Source: Azolla caroliniana | Lineage: Eukaryota; Plantae; Polypodiophyta | DNA length: 64,000 nt | Direction of reading: 5' to 3' | Assembly (NCBI GenBank): GCA_043228905.1 | Contig: JBHGNT010000003.1 | Location: 1,922,001-1,986,000 of the forward strand | Shown here: positions 50,261-64,000 of the stretch, one piece after another | Position numbering within the stretch: the first letter of the stretch is position 1 | Layout of the letters: each line of letters begins with the position of its first letter | Notes under the pieces: generated by a model | Database searches by the model: none | Told to the model about the DNA's origin: nothing | Seen by the model: the letters and a program-made list of their open reading frames with translations, nothing else | Made by a program: the position numbers and the translations under genes

Positions 50261-53086
50261 GGTTTTGTTTGCATAAAGAAGTGAGGATGATTGCAAATGA
50301 TGGATCAAATTGGGTCTTAGACTGGGCCGGGTCCTCAAAAGGTGAATTCTTTTTGGAGGATTTGGATTATGGAAAGGAGACCAATGTCTAGATTAACTTG
50401 GGATCCTGGAGTACAATATTGGAAGGCGTGGGTGCAACATCACATAAAATATGTGCCTTTCTTTCAATATTCTGTGAAGATTGGTAGGAAAATATTAGGT
50501 GCTCGATTATGGAAAGAACCAACTTCAAATGTTTTTTGGAAACGAAATGGACTTTCTCCACAACATCTCAAACAATTTTGGAAATGGCTATGGGGTATAA
50601 AAATGAGTAGGAAAATTGTTTGTTTTCGTTGGTTGTTGGTTCATAAAGCTATACTAGCAAATGGGTGACGAAAAGGAAATGTAGACAAGATGTGCCCTTT
50701 CTGTATAAATTTAATAGAGATTGCTAAACATTGTTTATGGAGTTGTGGTTTTGCTATGGACATATGGAAACAAGTCATAAAATTATTAACTCCAATATAT
50801 CCTAAAGCAGTGTATACATGGGGAGCGGTATTATGGGCGATGATACATGATAAACCTATGGTATATGAACATGAGGTTGTAGATGCTATTGTGATGAGAT
50901 ATGGTTTGATGGAAAAAAAATTGATACCTTTGAATCCACAAATACAAACTGATAAACCTCAAATATGGCAATTGATCAAGAGTATTACAATTTGGTATAT
51001 TTGGAAGGCACGATGTTTGAGGGTATTTCAAAATGTGACTAAAATACCTGCCCAAATAATTTCGGGAATTGGGACAGAGATTGTGCATAATCTCATAGGT
51101 TTGTTGGATAGTATAAAAGGTAATAAGCACCAAGCGGAGCTTAAGCATTTGGAGTTTCATGCCATCTGGGATATAGATATATTTTATTGACGACTTTCTA
51201 ATAAGGTGGAGTGGAGCTATTGACTTTCTAGTAAGTTGATGGTTAGAATTTAGAAAAATAACAAGGATTTGTGGTATATCTTGTATGTATAGCCTTATGG
51301 TGTTTTCTAATACTAATGTAGTATCTTTTTTTGGAAAAAAAATAAATACTAATAGTGAGTGGCTTTAGCTTATTGGCTAATTTAGATCATTAGAAAGAAA
51401 CAAGGTTCTAAATAACTAATTGACAAGGAATAGTTTATTAGCTAAGTAGCTAAATGACATACACATATAATAGATGTTGGTGCCCTCTTATCGGGTACGG
51501 ATTTAAGAATTATTTTAGTGCTAAATAATTTGACCAATAATATTTTCTTTCAAAGTGAACAATTCATTGTAAATAGAGTATCATGAATACCTAACTGATC
51601 ATTTTTAGTTAGTTTAACTACTAACTATCAAAGGCCAAAGAAGATTTTTTAGAAAGAAGAAGAAGAAAATGACCAAAAAAGAAGAATTAATTGATAAGTG
51701 AATATGCATGTTTGTATATAGATTGTAATACTTAACATGCATCAAGAAAGTGGATGGAATGCTCCTCGTATTGACTCCTTCCAAAACATTTCATGCATAA
51801 ATCTTTCTTATTTGGTGATACCCTACTCTACTTTGTCCAAAAGATGATAATTATATCCATGATTTCCAACATAATTGGCATGATTAGCTTATGTCTTGTA
51901 GCTTATGTCCTGTGGTTAGCATTAGTATAATCCTTTAACCGTCCTAAACTTAAGTGTTGTATTATATTGTAGACGTTCTTTTTGCTAATACCTATCACCT
52001 TATACAGAATATTGATATTTAAGTTAATCAACATTGCTATTTAGTATCATCATTAAACTATATCTTTTTAAGATAAGAACATCTTTCAAACTTGCTCAAG
52101 CCCAATAGTGTTTTCTTAGATTATTAACTAGAACATAGGTTACATTTTTATTTAGATCATCAATATTCCATTCAGTATTGCCTTTTGCACTTCATAACTG
52201 ATGTGCTTGGTTAGACTATTGAATCACTCCATGATCTTTCTCACTATCGTTTCTTCCATTTCATAATTTGATATTGTTCACACCTATAACACAAACGAGT
52301 ACTTCCATTGTCTTGAATTGAGGTATCGAGCTTACCTATTAACATTTTCGATGTTTCCTTTTTCTTTTATGGTCTATATTTTCTTATAACTTGTTGTATG
52401 CTAATAGTTATGTCCCTTTCTTTAGGACTCATAAGAGCATTGCTAAACAATCATGATCACTTTCTATTGATAAAATATAATAGAGAATAGAGAAAAATGA
52501 GACAAAAAAAGTGGGAAAATAACACAGTTTGGCTACTTGATTGAGAGATGACCACAGGAAGGAACAAGGAACAAGGAACAATTAGGCATCAAAGATAGAA
52601 AGTCATAATAGTTAACTAAGTGAGTGAGTGAATGTGGCAAGGATGGCAATGATAATGAGTGACACCAAAGTGGAGGTCTATTGAGCATGCATCAAACACA
52701 TGACAACTGTGAGCAATGATGATGAGGAAAAGCAAGTGATGATAAAAAAGGAAATGGAAACGGTAAGAAATTTACTTGAGTGAAAAATTAGGTAAGACAA
52801 AAAGGAGGAGCAATGAAGCAATGATAGGAGCAATATTTGTGAAGAGAATGGTGGTAGGACTGAGCAATGGCAACAATACCATATGTAGAGACGTGGAGGA
52901 GCGATAATGGCAAGACCATGTGCAGATACATTAAGGAGCAATGATAACTCTACCATGTGTAGAGGTAAGAAGGAGCATGGTGGATACTGTTGGCATAAAA
53001 TGCCGACTCCTTCCAATTTGTATCCTTAACTGTGAACACATTCTCAAGTTAGGGTTTGAGTATATAAGCCCAACTGTAATATTGTA

Positions 53087-53813
53087 AAGAAAGAAAGAAA
53101 GATAGATTATATTATCGTCTTTGGAGGTTAAATATGAGCTATGAGACCAAAAATATTACATTTAACATGATACATTGTCGTGAAGATTCCCGGCCTTAGC
53201 GAGAAAACCGGGAATAATGGGAACATCGGCGGGGTGCAGCGTGGGCACCCACCCTTGTGTATACGTGCAAATAATAGGGGCGCCTTTATGGCGCCAAATA
53301 GGAGTTAAGTAATACGGGATTTATCCCACATTGTTACGCACCTCCCTCCTCGTGCTATAAAAGGACGGGAGGGTCCCTTGTAGAGGGGTTGCCCATTTTG
53401 GGTTAGGAGGGTATACCACTTAGATCTAGGGTTTGGTAGCTTTCTTGTTTTCTGTTAGGGTTCTTTGAGGTCTTCTTCTTCTTCGTCATCGTGTGGGTTG
53501 AGTCTTTGTGTCTGTTTAGGATTTAGTTTGGTTAATAGCTTGTATGTCCTAAGGGGTTTTCGTTTCTGCTTTGTCTCCTATGCAAGACCTCGCTTGGCGC
53601 GACGAGCCCGAGAGCTTCCCGATCAGCGGCTTGGCAGTAGACTACTGTTTTAACCTAACCGACCTTAGTCCGGCTCGAAGCCGGAGTTGTATCTTGCTCT
53701 TGTAATTATATATATAAGGTTGTGCATATTTGTGTCTCTATTGGTGTCGGGTGTGTTTCTTTCTTTTGTTTCCTGTACATAAGAGGCGTGTGTTGAGTCG
53801 GTGTTGCGTGCGT

Positions 53814-53876
<63 letters not shown>

Positions 53877-55790
53877 TTCGGTATCCTCTGGTACGCGTCT
53901 AGAATCGCTCCGGTTTGCACCACAACCGGTGGAGCCGAGACAAGAGAGAGTCGGCCTCTCGGCATCCATCTCTTCCTCATTCGAGACCCCCGTGGTCCCG
54001 CCCCTTTCGACACGTACTCGCGGATAACCGCGACAACGTGTGAAAGTGAGTGGTGACTCTCAATATTCAAGAACTTTACCAATGAATGTTGCAATCAAGA
54101 GTGCACATTGTGGTTGTGAGAGAAATTCGTGCAAGGATTGGGTTCGGTCGAAGAGATGTGGAAAACATTGTTGAATATGATCAAAGGTAGAGCATTGTAT
54201 CAAAGTGTGATACTCAGACTCGCGAACTTGTTTAGGGCAAAGTATGCATAGCTGACCACTCTCATCACTTCTGCCCCAATGCCTTATCTCACATCGCAAT
54301 GCATGTGAGCTAAGTTGCATGGAAGCAATGGTTCGAATGGCAGATAAGGGGACATGCTCTAACATGTATTGATGTGTACGGTTTCCTCGTTCCGCAAAGA
54401 ATATGGTTTTGTAGTTAGGTGCAACATGTGTAGTATAATGTGTGAAGCGTGAGCCTCCTCATTTGTCCCATGTCATGATACATTGGCGTTGCAAAAAGGA
54501 CTATTTATAGAGGAATCTAGTGATGCATCATGAACCAAATGTTTCGCATCTCATCTACCAAACCAATTTTCTATATCTTGCATCCAACCAGAATACAAAA
54601 TTTTGCTTTTATGCGTCTTTTGGATCTTTTTGCTTGCTTCCCATGTAATTCTAGGAAGTCGATGTGAGGGACTGTTTTGAACTTTAAGCATGTATTCAAC
54701 AACCCTTTCCATGGTCATGATCTCAATGGGAAACGATCCTGTCTCAATGAAGAGGAGGGTGTAGAGCATTTGTTTTTTAACTTGTAGAAACTTTGTAAGA
54801 AAATGTTTTTGGACATTTTCAAACTCTTTCCACGTAGATTTAGGGATGCTACCACCTCATAGAGAAGAATCGGTGTTACAAGAGAGTCGAAAAGATATTT
54901 CTTGAGTACCCAACACTTAATATCTCCAAGATTGCATGTGTTCTCAAATGCATAGTATGCTCGCTTACCTACCTCTAAGCGGCGTGTAGCACATTCATTC
55001 CATCTATGATTTGAAGGAACTTCAAGGCCAAAATATTTGAAGCTTTCCACACATTCAAGTGGCTCATTGTTGTACGTAATGCATGGTTTATCTCTTTTTT
55101 GGCTCTTCACAAGCATAATCTTTGTTTTAGAGCTTTTGACACTTAATTTAGTATGCATGCAAAAAAAATCCAATGCTTTCATAAGATTTTGTGCATCTCC
55201 TAAAGTATTTGCAAAAAGCACTACATCATCTGCATATAGCAAAAGCATAATCACAACATTCCCAATGGCAACTTCTTCAACACATTCTTCCTTTGCAAAC
55301 TTGGTAACCATTTCTTCCAATTCATCAATGCATAGACAAAATAGTGTGGTGAGAGTGGGCATCCTTGCTTAACACCGATATTGCTATTGAAAAAATCTAA
55401 AAGTCTATGTTTCATACGCACCCAACATATAACCTTCTAATAAATTCGGGAAATTGCAAGCATATATTCACTTGGCACCTCAAGTTCTTCCATTCGCCTC
55501 CAAAGATGCTCACGAGGTACCATATCAAAAGATTTCTTCAAGTCTACAAAGAAACAATATAAACCTTTACCTCTAAGGTGACTTTCCTCCATTAATACTC
55601 GAAGGGTAACAAGGTGAGCAATAGTGCTATGATGTTTTCGAAAGCCCGCTTTTCCATAAGATCTCTTGTAACCATTTTTTTCAGCCCATACACTTATCTT
55701 TGATTCCATTATACATCCAAATAGTTTTGCCATTAATGAGCCAACCATGATGGTTCAATAGTTGTTTACATTATTTACATCTCCACCTTT
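53087..55790 (-). mobile_element. 5'-truncated RTE-like LINE, decayed
   Basis: FVDLKKSFDMVPRE, LLLYADDVVL, KTKIM, FKYFG, LCILC..ESEYHTLIQC; (TCTT)n tail at ~53087-53105 like the copy at 8.7-9.8 kb. Confidence 0.85.
53176..54035 (+). mobile_element. Solo LTR (TGTCG...CGACA) inserted at the 3' end of the RTE-like LINE
   Basis: 5-bp terminal inverted repeat, TATA CTATAAAAG, internal (CT)n; related to 39417-40291. Flanks ACAT/ACGT may be a decayed 4-bp TSD. Confidence 0.8.
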
Positions 55791-58700
55791 ATGTAACTTG
55801 GTTTGATCCAATTTGAGCTTCCATTTGAGAGAGAGAGAGAGTTTTTTAGAAGAGAATAACAAAGCTTCCATTTGAGCCAAATCGTGTCAATCTTATCTTC
55901 TACCTTCTTGCATATCTATATTCCGTATGTGTTGCTTGCAGTACACATCTTCTTATAGGTCCTCACATATTCTTCCGCATATCATATCATACTCAACAAG
56001 TGGTATCAGAGTGACCTTGTTGTCTGGCGGCAACCAACAACAAAAACTTAGAAGAGAAGTTATCTGGCTAAGAGAAAAGACAAGGCCAACAACATCTACT
56101 TTCCAAAAAATGACGCCACAGTTTGGCACAAATGTGGAAATCCGGAAGTTCGACGGGAAGAACTTCGCCCCATGGAAAGAAATGATGCAAGATGTGCTCA
56201 TAATCCGAAGTCAAGTCGAAGCGATTCGCCAAAGTGACAAACCAACATTGATGTCTGCTGAAGAGTGGAGATTGATGGACGAAATCGCATGATCAACCAT
56301 CTGGATGCACCTAGCCGAGAACGTTTATTTCAGCATGGCCAAGGAGACAACATTCTCTTTGTGGGAGAAACTTCGAGCCATATACGAGAAAAAGTCATCC
56401 TCGTTGAGGTTCATATTGATTCGACAGTTGTTCAATATGACGATGAGAGAGACGGATCTGGCGACCTCCCACATCAACACCTTCAGCTGGGTGTTGTCTA
56501 AGCTCTCCTCCCAAGGGATTACCTTTGAAGAAGAAGTTAAAGCCCTTGCCCTCCTTTCGAGCTTGCTGAAGAGTTGGGAGGTATTCTACACAACATTCGC
56601 CAATAGCTATCCAAAGCTGAATCTGGACGAAACGATCAGACAAGTACTCACTGAGGACATTCAACGAAAAACGACAAAACTCACCATCGATGAATTGGTA
56701 GAAGCCCACTACTCGATTGAGTTGATCGGACAAACAAGCCGATCGAGAGAATAAGCCGAAAGAACCAGTCGACCGAGAAGAAGGGAAGACTGACAACGGT
56801 CGAAGTCGAGGAATGGTCGATCAAGTGATTTCTACACTCATTGTAGAAAGAATAGTCACAAAGATTCTGATTGTTGGTCCATAAAAAGAAAGGAGAATGG
56901 TCGGCGGTTCGATCAGACACAAGGACAATTTGATTTGAACTGTTCTCCTACTAGCAACCAAGTCAATGTTGCCGAATCTTGGTCCGGGGAAAATCCTCTC
57001 TCTAGAGGAGTTGTCGACCGGTGAAGTCCTATACAACGCAGAAGACGCACAAACGTGAGTACTAGATTCCAGTGCCACATTTCATGTGAACCCCAACATC
57101 GAATGGTTTTCAGACTATTCAATTGGAGCCAATGGCATAGTCCGACTAGGCAAGGAGCAGGAGTGCATAATCACAAGGACCGGTGAGGTCCCCATCCAAT
57201 TGTTGAACGACAATACTATCACCCTACACCAAGTCTGACACGTACCCGACGTGAAGAGGAGTCTAGTCTCCATCGGCTTGCTAGCCAAAGCTGGGTACTG
57301 AATGACTCTCAATGAGTCTTCATGGATGATCAACGGAGGAAATATGAAAATCAGGAGCAAATGCAAGTACAACAACCTGTATGCACTTATGGCAATCAAT
57401 TTGGAGGGCACAATGAACGTAGCCGAATTTGCCAAATTTGAACTTATGGCATGACCGACTCGGCCATATGTGTCAAGCTAGACTAGACCAACTAATGGCA
57501 ATCGGCTACATCCTGAAGCTCCAATCGAAGATGGACTTCTGCAAGCATTGTTGTTACGGGAAATAGACCCGAAGTTTACACTCTCTCCATTACGAGACGG
57601 TACGATAACCCCTAGAACTGGTCCACATAGATATATGTGGGCCGATGCCTAAAAGGTCACTAGGAGGCTCTTGATACTTCATCACATTCTTAGATGATTG
57701 TACACGAAAGGTCTTGGGCTACTCGATTAAGTTGAAAGACAAAGCGCTCGAGGTCTTCTCTCGGTGATTAGCCAAAGTGGAGAACCGATCAGGACATTGA
57801 GTGAAAGCAATCTAATTTGATAACGGAGGTGTATATACCTATCGAGCGTTCAAACAATACATGTCCGAAAAAGGGATCTGGCACCAAAAGACTGTTCCCT
57901 ACACCCCATGTAGAATGGCATGGCAGAACGGATCAACCAAACAATCCAAGAGAGGGTGACAACAATGCTCCAACAATCCGAACTAAAGGATCGAAGCATT
58001 GTAGACGGCAATATACTTGATAAATCTGTTGCCATCGAGAGCAATACGGGTCGAAGTGTCACATGTAGTATGGTCAGGCAAACAGTTGACCTACGATAGG
58101 TTCCGTATATTCTGATGTGAAGCCTACGCCTTCATCCCCAGGGATAAAAGGACCAAGCTGGCACCCCATGCACTTAAATGTATATTTCTCGGTTATGGAA
58201 CCGATGGGAACTTCGGCTATCGGTATGAGGACCCAGAGAACTGGAAATTGATCTCGAGTAGTGATGTAGTCTTCAATGAAGACTCAATCCTCTCTTAATG
58301 GAACCAACCGAAAAGGGTCGGCAAAAAGGTCTCCGACATCGACATAGATGTCGTAGAAGGACCCACCCATTGGGCCGAATCGAAGATTTGACAAATAGTC
58401 AAAATCAACTGAGCCAGCAACCCCCTGCCAAATTTGAATCGGCAAGAGGTTCACTAGTTGAAATCCACTTCGATTCAACTAAAAGATTGGCAAATGTTGA
58501 ACCGGAAGAATATGTCAAAAGGGCCAATGATAGAAGGAAAACAAGATAAGATGTTGAAAGGCCGAACCGAACCGACCATGGTTTTTACTCCTTTTTTAAT
58601 AAATCCCAAAAAAGGGGAGAATGACTTGACATCGCCGAAATCCTATTTAAGGGACAAGTCATCCTAGAGGATTCCTGAAAATGGTTCAAGAAATATTGAT

Positions 58701-60262
58701 CAGCTGACAGAGATGATTGAAGGATACGAACCAAAAAACTCAGCACCTAGGAGATCCGGACGAGTCTGAAGGCCAACAGAGTTTTACCAGCGGGGCCTCA
58801 ACTACGTCAACTATGTACACAAATGTAGGCGAACCTAGCTCCTATGAGAAGTTGTGGTTGCACCCGACGCCAACACATGGCTACAAGCCATGAAATTAGA
58901 GGTGGACTCGATTAATGAAAATAACACATGCATTGGGAGTTGGTCGAGTTACCAGCTGGAAGGAAGTCGCTACCCTGTAAATGGGTCTTCAGATACAAAT
59001 ATGTGTCTGATTTGGAGAAGCCCAAATAAAAAGCACGGCTCATTGCCAAAGGTCTCAAACAAGAACATGGGGTTGACTACAATGAAATTTTTTCGCATGT
59101 AGTCAAAATGACCACCATCCGGCTCCTTCTAGGGGTTGTATGGATGGAAGACCTAGAGCTGGAGTAACTTGATTTCAAAACAGCCTTCCTACACGGAGAT
59201 CTTGACAAAGACATTTACATGTCTCAACCAATAGGCTTCAAGGCGACGGGGGAGCAAGGTCACCTCTTCTGCAAGCTGAAAAAGAGCCTATATGGCCTAA
59301 AGCAAGCGTTGAGAATGTGGTATCACAAGTTCTATGCCTACATCCAGCAACTTGGCTACAATCGGTCGGACTCCGACCCATGCATGTACATTTAGATTGG
59401 CCGACGAGTCCCGGATCTACCTGATCCTATATGTCGTCGATATGTTGATTGTGATTGTAGGGAGCAATCAAGCAAAAATTGGAAGACTGAAGGGGAGCCT
59501 TCACGAAAATTTCACAATGAAGGAACTCGGACAAGCCCGACATATCTTGGGCATGAGGATTGAGTGAAATTGGATGACGAAGACTCTCTGGCTCTCCCAA
59601 TCCAACTATATGTGAAAGGTTCTTAGAAGGTTCAACATGGAGAATGCTAACCCAGCACCGACTCCACTCTCGACGTCGACACGACTAACGGACAAGGACT
59701 CTCCTTCGATCGACAAGGAGAAAGAGCTAAATGGGAAGATACCCTATGCATCGGTCGACCCGACCTGATCTTGCATATGCCATAGGGGTCGTCAACCGGT
59801 ACATGTTGAACCTAGGACGGAAGTATTGGGAGGTCGTCAAGCACATCTTCAAGAATTTGAAAGGAACTGAAGATGTATAACTGACTTTCGGATGGGCAAA
59901 TCCGACTGCAGTTGGAGGCTACACCGACTCCAACTATGCTAGCAATCCAGACAATCAGAAGTCAACATTAGGCTACGTATTCCCCTATGGTGGCGACGCC
60001 ATACCATGGAGATCAAAATTTCAAGAGTGCACGGTCCTATCAACCAAAAAGGCCGAGTACATTGCAGCGTTTGAAGCAACGAAGTAAGCAATCCGATTGC
60101 ACCGATTGACGGCCAATTTTTCGGCTACAAGCCAAATCGACCATCTAGCACCGACCATCTATTGCGACTGATAGAGTGCAATACACCTCATTAGGAATCC
60201 TGTCTACCATGTGAAGACAACATATTGAGGTGCGGTTTCATCGTATTCGAGAGCTCGTAACA

Positions 60263-60686
60263 TATGAATAGATCGAGTAAATTTGCCTTCCCATTTTGTG
60301 GAAATGGTCAACTGGTTGTCTTCCATTAAACTCCATCGAAAACTGGCCCTCCAATCCCCACCAATTATAGGACAAAACTTTTGCAATTCATATAACAAAA
60401 TTGTTTCCGTGGTTCTGAGCCTAATAACATCCCCTAATCATCAATTTCGCAAGAAAAGCTTTTGATAGTTATAATGCTCCCTAATCAAATGATTTAACAA
60501 TCGTGGTCCAAGAGATCTTTTCCCTTGCATGACTTCAATCATTACCAAACCACTTATAATTTCGAATCAATCTTTGTAATTGTCTCATACATGATCTAGA
60601 AAAACTCCAACATGACAAAATATACCAAAGACTAGAATAAAGAACTTGATTGACTACTACCACTCTACCCGCAAATGATAATTTGA
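60263..60686 (-). mobile_element. L1 ORF2 internal fragment
   Basis: SFAGRVVVVNQVL..LWYILSCW and ELQKFCPIIGGDWRASFRW, homologous to 43710-44140. Confidence 0.8.
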
Positions 60687-60973
60687 TGTTGAGAGACAAG
60701 CTCAACATCGGTCGGATCGGTTGAAGAAGTCGAGGACCGGATCGGTTGGGACCGATCGGTTAGGCCGAGTGCGTAAACCGGGAGGCCGTTAGGAAAGATA
60801 TTCCGTGAGGAATATATTTGGGAGTTAGTGTAGGAGCTCTTAATGAGTATTGAAGTATTGTCAGTACTTCGGTCAGTCCTTCTAGGACTTGTATAAAAGT
60901 GTTCATTGAACACACATATGTATAGAGTGTGGTGAATAGAGATTGGGTTGTTGTTGTTGAATATAGTTTGTGT

Positions 60974-61039
<66 letters not shown>

Positions 61040-64000
61040 GCATATACTACGTAAGCTTAAGCTCTCCATTGAACCTGAGTTTTCTTCCTCCTGTTTGGTC
61101 TTCACACTTGCTTCCGCACGTTACTTTTTACATGGTATCAAAGCGCGAGGGTTGAGAACCTCTCTGCAGCCGACACAGCTTGACGAAGAAGAACAAGAAG
61201 AACGATGGATAGAGGCATGGCGAGCTCGCTTCCAACAGAGAAGCTCGACAGAACCAACTACGCGTCTTGGTCCTACAAGATGCACCAGTACCTGCTCGGG
61301 CACGGCTACTAGAGTTATATCGAAGGAGCTAATGACGCGGCACCCGAATCGACACACAGAGACTTCCCGTCGTGGGAGCAATCGGCGAGTAGGGTATTAT
61401 ACTGCTTCGCGTCGTGTGTGGGCGAACAACTATTGAGCTATGTTCGGGATGCAAAGACGTCGAAGGGTGCGTGGGAAAATCTGAAGAAGATTTTTGCCGC
61501 GAGCACCACAGCCAGGAAGCTTCAGCTCCGACAGGAGCTGAGCAACCTACGACAACGCGACTTGTCGGTGGCGGACTATACCTCGAAGATCAAGGATATT
61601 TGCGACTCCCTCGCCTCCATAGAGGTGAACATAGAGGAGAGCGAGATGGTCCAGATCTGTCTCGGAGGTTTGGCATCGAAGTTCGGAGCGTTCCGAACGG
61701 CTGTGTGTACCCGGGAGAATACGCCGTCCTTTTCGACTTACAGTCAATGCTCTTGGTAGAGGAGAACCACGCGGGTGCGTCTACAAGCACACACACCGAC
61801 AGCAGAATGTTGTACACGGAGGGAGATAGGCCCCGTGGACGTGGAGGACAAGGCGAGTCGGCACGCAATGGAGGTGGCCGACGAGATCAAAGAAGAAGGC
61901 ACCGAAGTGATGCCAACAGCAACTCCGGACCCTCCGGAAACAGGGGGAGTCGAAGCGATGAGAACCGGCAAGGGAAGGCCATCACGGAGTGCTGGTACTG
62001 TGGCAAGAAAGGCCACAGGGAAAGTGAGTGATGGAAGAAGCGCGCCGATTCGGAGAGAACCGGTTCCGGAAACGGCTCCGGACATACCGACAAGGGAAAT
62101 CGGCAGCGATCGCACTACGCCGAAGACTCCGGGAGAGACGGAGAAGGGTCTGCCTTCGTGATGAGACACGAAGCAAACTCAATGAAACAGACCACCCCGA
62201 GATCGGACGAGGTGTGGTACATAGACTCCAGGGCGTCAAACCACATGACGAGCCATAAGGAGTGGTTCTCGTACCTTGAAAAACCAATACAACCTGGAAT
62301 AGTCGCAACTGGAGACGACACTCCGCATCCGATCGCGAATGTCGGAGAAGTTCCCCTTAGCCATGTTGGGCAGAAAGGGAAACTCATGAACGTGTTGCAC
62401 GTTCCGACAATCACGAAGAACTTGGTCTCGGTCGGACAGATCGTCAACCAAGGGATGGAGGTTCGGTTTACACACCTCGGGTGCTTCATTGAGGAAGAAG
62501 GCCATGTGATTGCGCAAGGGCGCAGAGACGGGAGGATGTTCATCCTCGACTCCACTGACGGTGGCACTGCAATGTTCGCGAAGGGACAAAAATCCAAGTC
62601 GGACATCGACTTGTGGCATAGCGGATAGGCCACGTCAACTACCAGCGGCTTCAAGATCTGCAATCGAAACAGGTAGTGTTCAGATTGCCCAAATTTAGTG
62701 GCCGAAAGGCACAAATTTGTGAAGCCTGCCAGCTCGGGAAGCAACACCGACTTCCTTTCCCAAACGAGCGAAACCGGAGCCGGAACAAGCTCGAACTTAT
62801 ACACTCCGATGTATGGGGGCCGGCACAAAACGTTAGTCTTGGCGGGAGCCGATATTTCGTCTCCTTCATCGACGACCACACGTGGATCTACCTCATTGAG
62901 AGGAAGAGCGAAGTCTTCGACTATTTCCGGGACCTCAAAGGGTCGTGGAAACAGAAATGGGACGAAAGATCAAGTGCATGCGGTCGGATGGCGGGAAAGA
63001 GTACTTTTCCGGTCAATTCAACGGTTACCTACAACAAATGGGAATTCGCCGCGAATTTAGTTGTAGATACACGCCGGAGCAGAACGGCGTGGCCGAGAGG
63101 AAGAATCGGTCAGTTGTGGAAGCGGCACGGGCAATGCTGGAGGAGAAGAGCTTGCCCAAGTTCTACTGGGCCGAGGCGGTAAGGACCGCAGTATACATCC
63201 AGAACCGGATCGGAGACAAAGTGTCGGCGCACGAGCTATATTTCGGAACGAAGCCGAACTTGCGACACTTGAAGGTGTTCGGTAGCATTGCGTATGTGCA
63301 TGTACCGAAGGAGAAAAGGAGGAAGCTGGACGCAAAGGCCGAGAAATGCATCTTGGTCGGTTACTCGGACGAGCAGAAGGGTTATAAGTGCTATAACCCT
63401 CGCACCAAACAAGCGCGTGTTAGCCGCGACGTTGTGGTTGACGAGTCCGCGTCCTGGTACCAGCCCCCGACTCCAATCCGTGTTCTGACGATGAGGTCAG
63501 CGAGGCCCAGATGCCTCCGGATGAGCCCAAAATCGAGACCCTCGAAGAGAGTCCGATTTCACTCCGTTTAAGTGGACCGATTGGACGACTGAGTCGGTAC
63601 GATCAGTCCGATGAAGAGCCGGCGAGTAGTGGAGACTCGGCCGTGCATTCCCCGCGCAGGAAGCCGAGGAGACGGCTTACGCGCAAAGAGAAAGGGAAGG
63701 AGAAGGTGTCGGATTCCGGCACGGATAAGAACGAGTCAGACCGACGCGAGTCCAACTCCGAGGGAACCGGTGACGGGTCTTTAAAGGTGAAGACCGTGTC
63801 GACCGAGAAGGCCTCGACATCGGCTAATGTGAGATTACGCCGATCTACCCGCCAGAAGAATCCTGTTTTGCGGTTCGGATACAACGAGTACATGGCGCAT
63901 CATTATGTGTACATGACCCATGTAGCGGAAGTGTGTGAGCCAGAGAGCTACGCAGAAGCGGCTAAAGACGCGAATTGGCGTGCCGCGATGGAGGAAGAGA
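60687..64000 (+). mobile_element. GC-rich Ty1/copia element (5' LTR, gag, PR, IN), runs off the window end; disrupted
   Basis: LTR 60687-61132 (TG...CA), PBS TGGTATCAAAGC 61133-61144, gag from 61217 MASSLPTEKLDRTNYASW, CWYCGKKGH, WYIDS.ASNHM, IHSDVWGP, RSDGGKEY, QNGVAERKNR; in-frame stops and frameshifts. Confidence 0.93.

Larger units (their letters stand above)
38903..51343 (+). mobile_element. Near full-length decayed L1 LINE (~5.9 kb without its two nested insertions)
   Basis: ORF1: DUF4283-like VQFLGRGYYHVEF..WKHGFDP and knuckle CFLCKRMRYLAKEC. ORF2: MKIISWNVQGL, GDFN, SDH (APE endonuclease), LLDFEKAY, QGCPLAPYL, EFVDD (RT), CPFC..HCLWSC. A-tail at ~51335. Degenerate TSD AAATATTAATGGTG (38889-38902) / AAATACTAATAGTG (51344-51357). 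Confidence 0.88.
52392..60262 (+). mobile_element. Decayed Ty1/copia element; 5' LTR split by a LINE; 3' end missing
   Basis: LTR pieces ~52940-53086 and ~55790-55998 match the LTR at 32.3-32.6 kb (start at TGTTG 52392 is tentative). PBS TGGTATCAGAG 56001-56011 (tRNA-iMet). Gag IRKFDGKNF..WK, PR LDSSATFH, IN, RT YVVDML and RNaseH are present with many stops. Confidence 0.85.

Noticed and set aside
53706-54094. ORFs with ERERER/SLSLSL runs (also near 6.3, 39.9 and 61 kb)
   Set aside because: Artefacts of dinucleotide microsatellites.

Overview
Eukaryotic plant genomic DNA, most likely a non-seed plant such as a fern (inference from a Tcn1/Tf1-type chromovirus, RTE-like LINEs and decayed PLS-type PPR remnants). 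The left ~28 kb holds three intron-containing genes: the last exon of a RabA1/Rab11 GTPase (+), a many-exon DUF4708 (C18orf63-like) gene with a C-terminal SAP domain (-, ~15052-4801) and a TBC-domain RabGAP (-, 26174-17392). The right ~36 kb is nested transposons: decayed Ty1/copia elements, four solo LTRs, L1 and RTE-like LINEs, a Sola2-like transposase relic, and one very young, ORF-intact Ty3 chromovirus (44590-50260, TSD GGTTT) inserted in an L1. Most notable: (i) the chromovirus LTRs carry an antisense tRNA-like Pol III A-box/B-box module, while the element appears to self-prime and use a -1 frameshift; (ii) a ~1.5 kb degenerate palindrome sits in an intron of the DUF4708-SAP gene. All calls were made by eye; exon boundaries and family names need computational confirmation.
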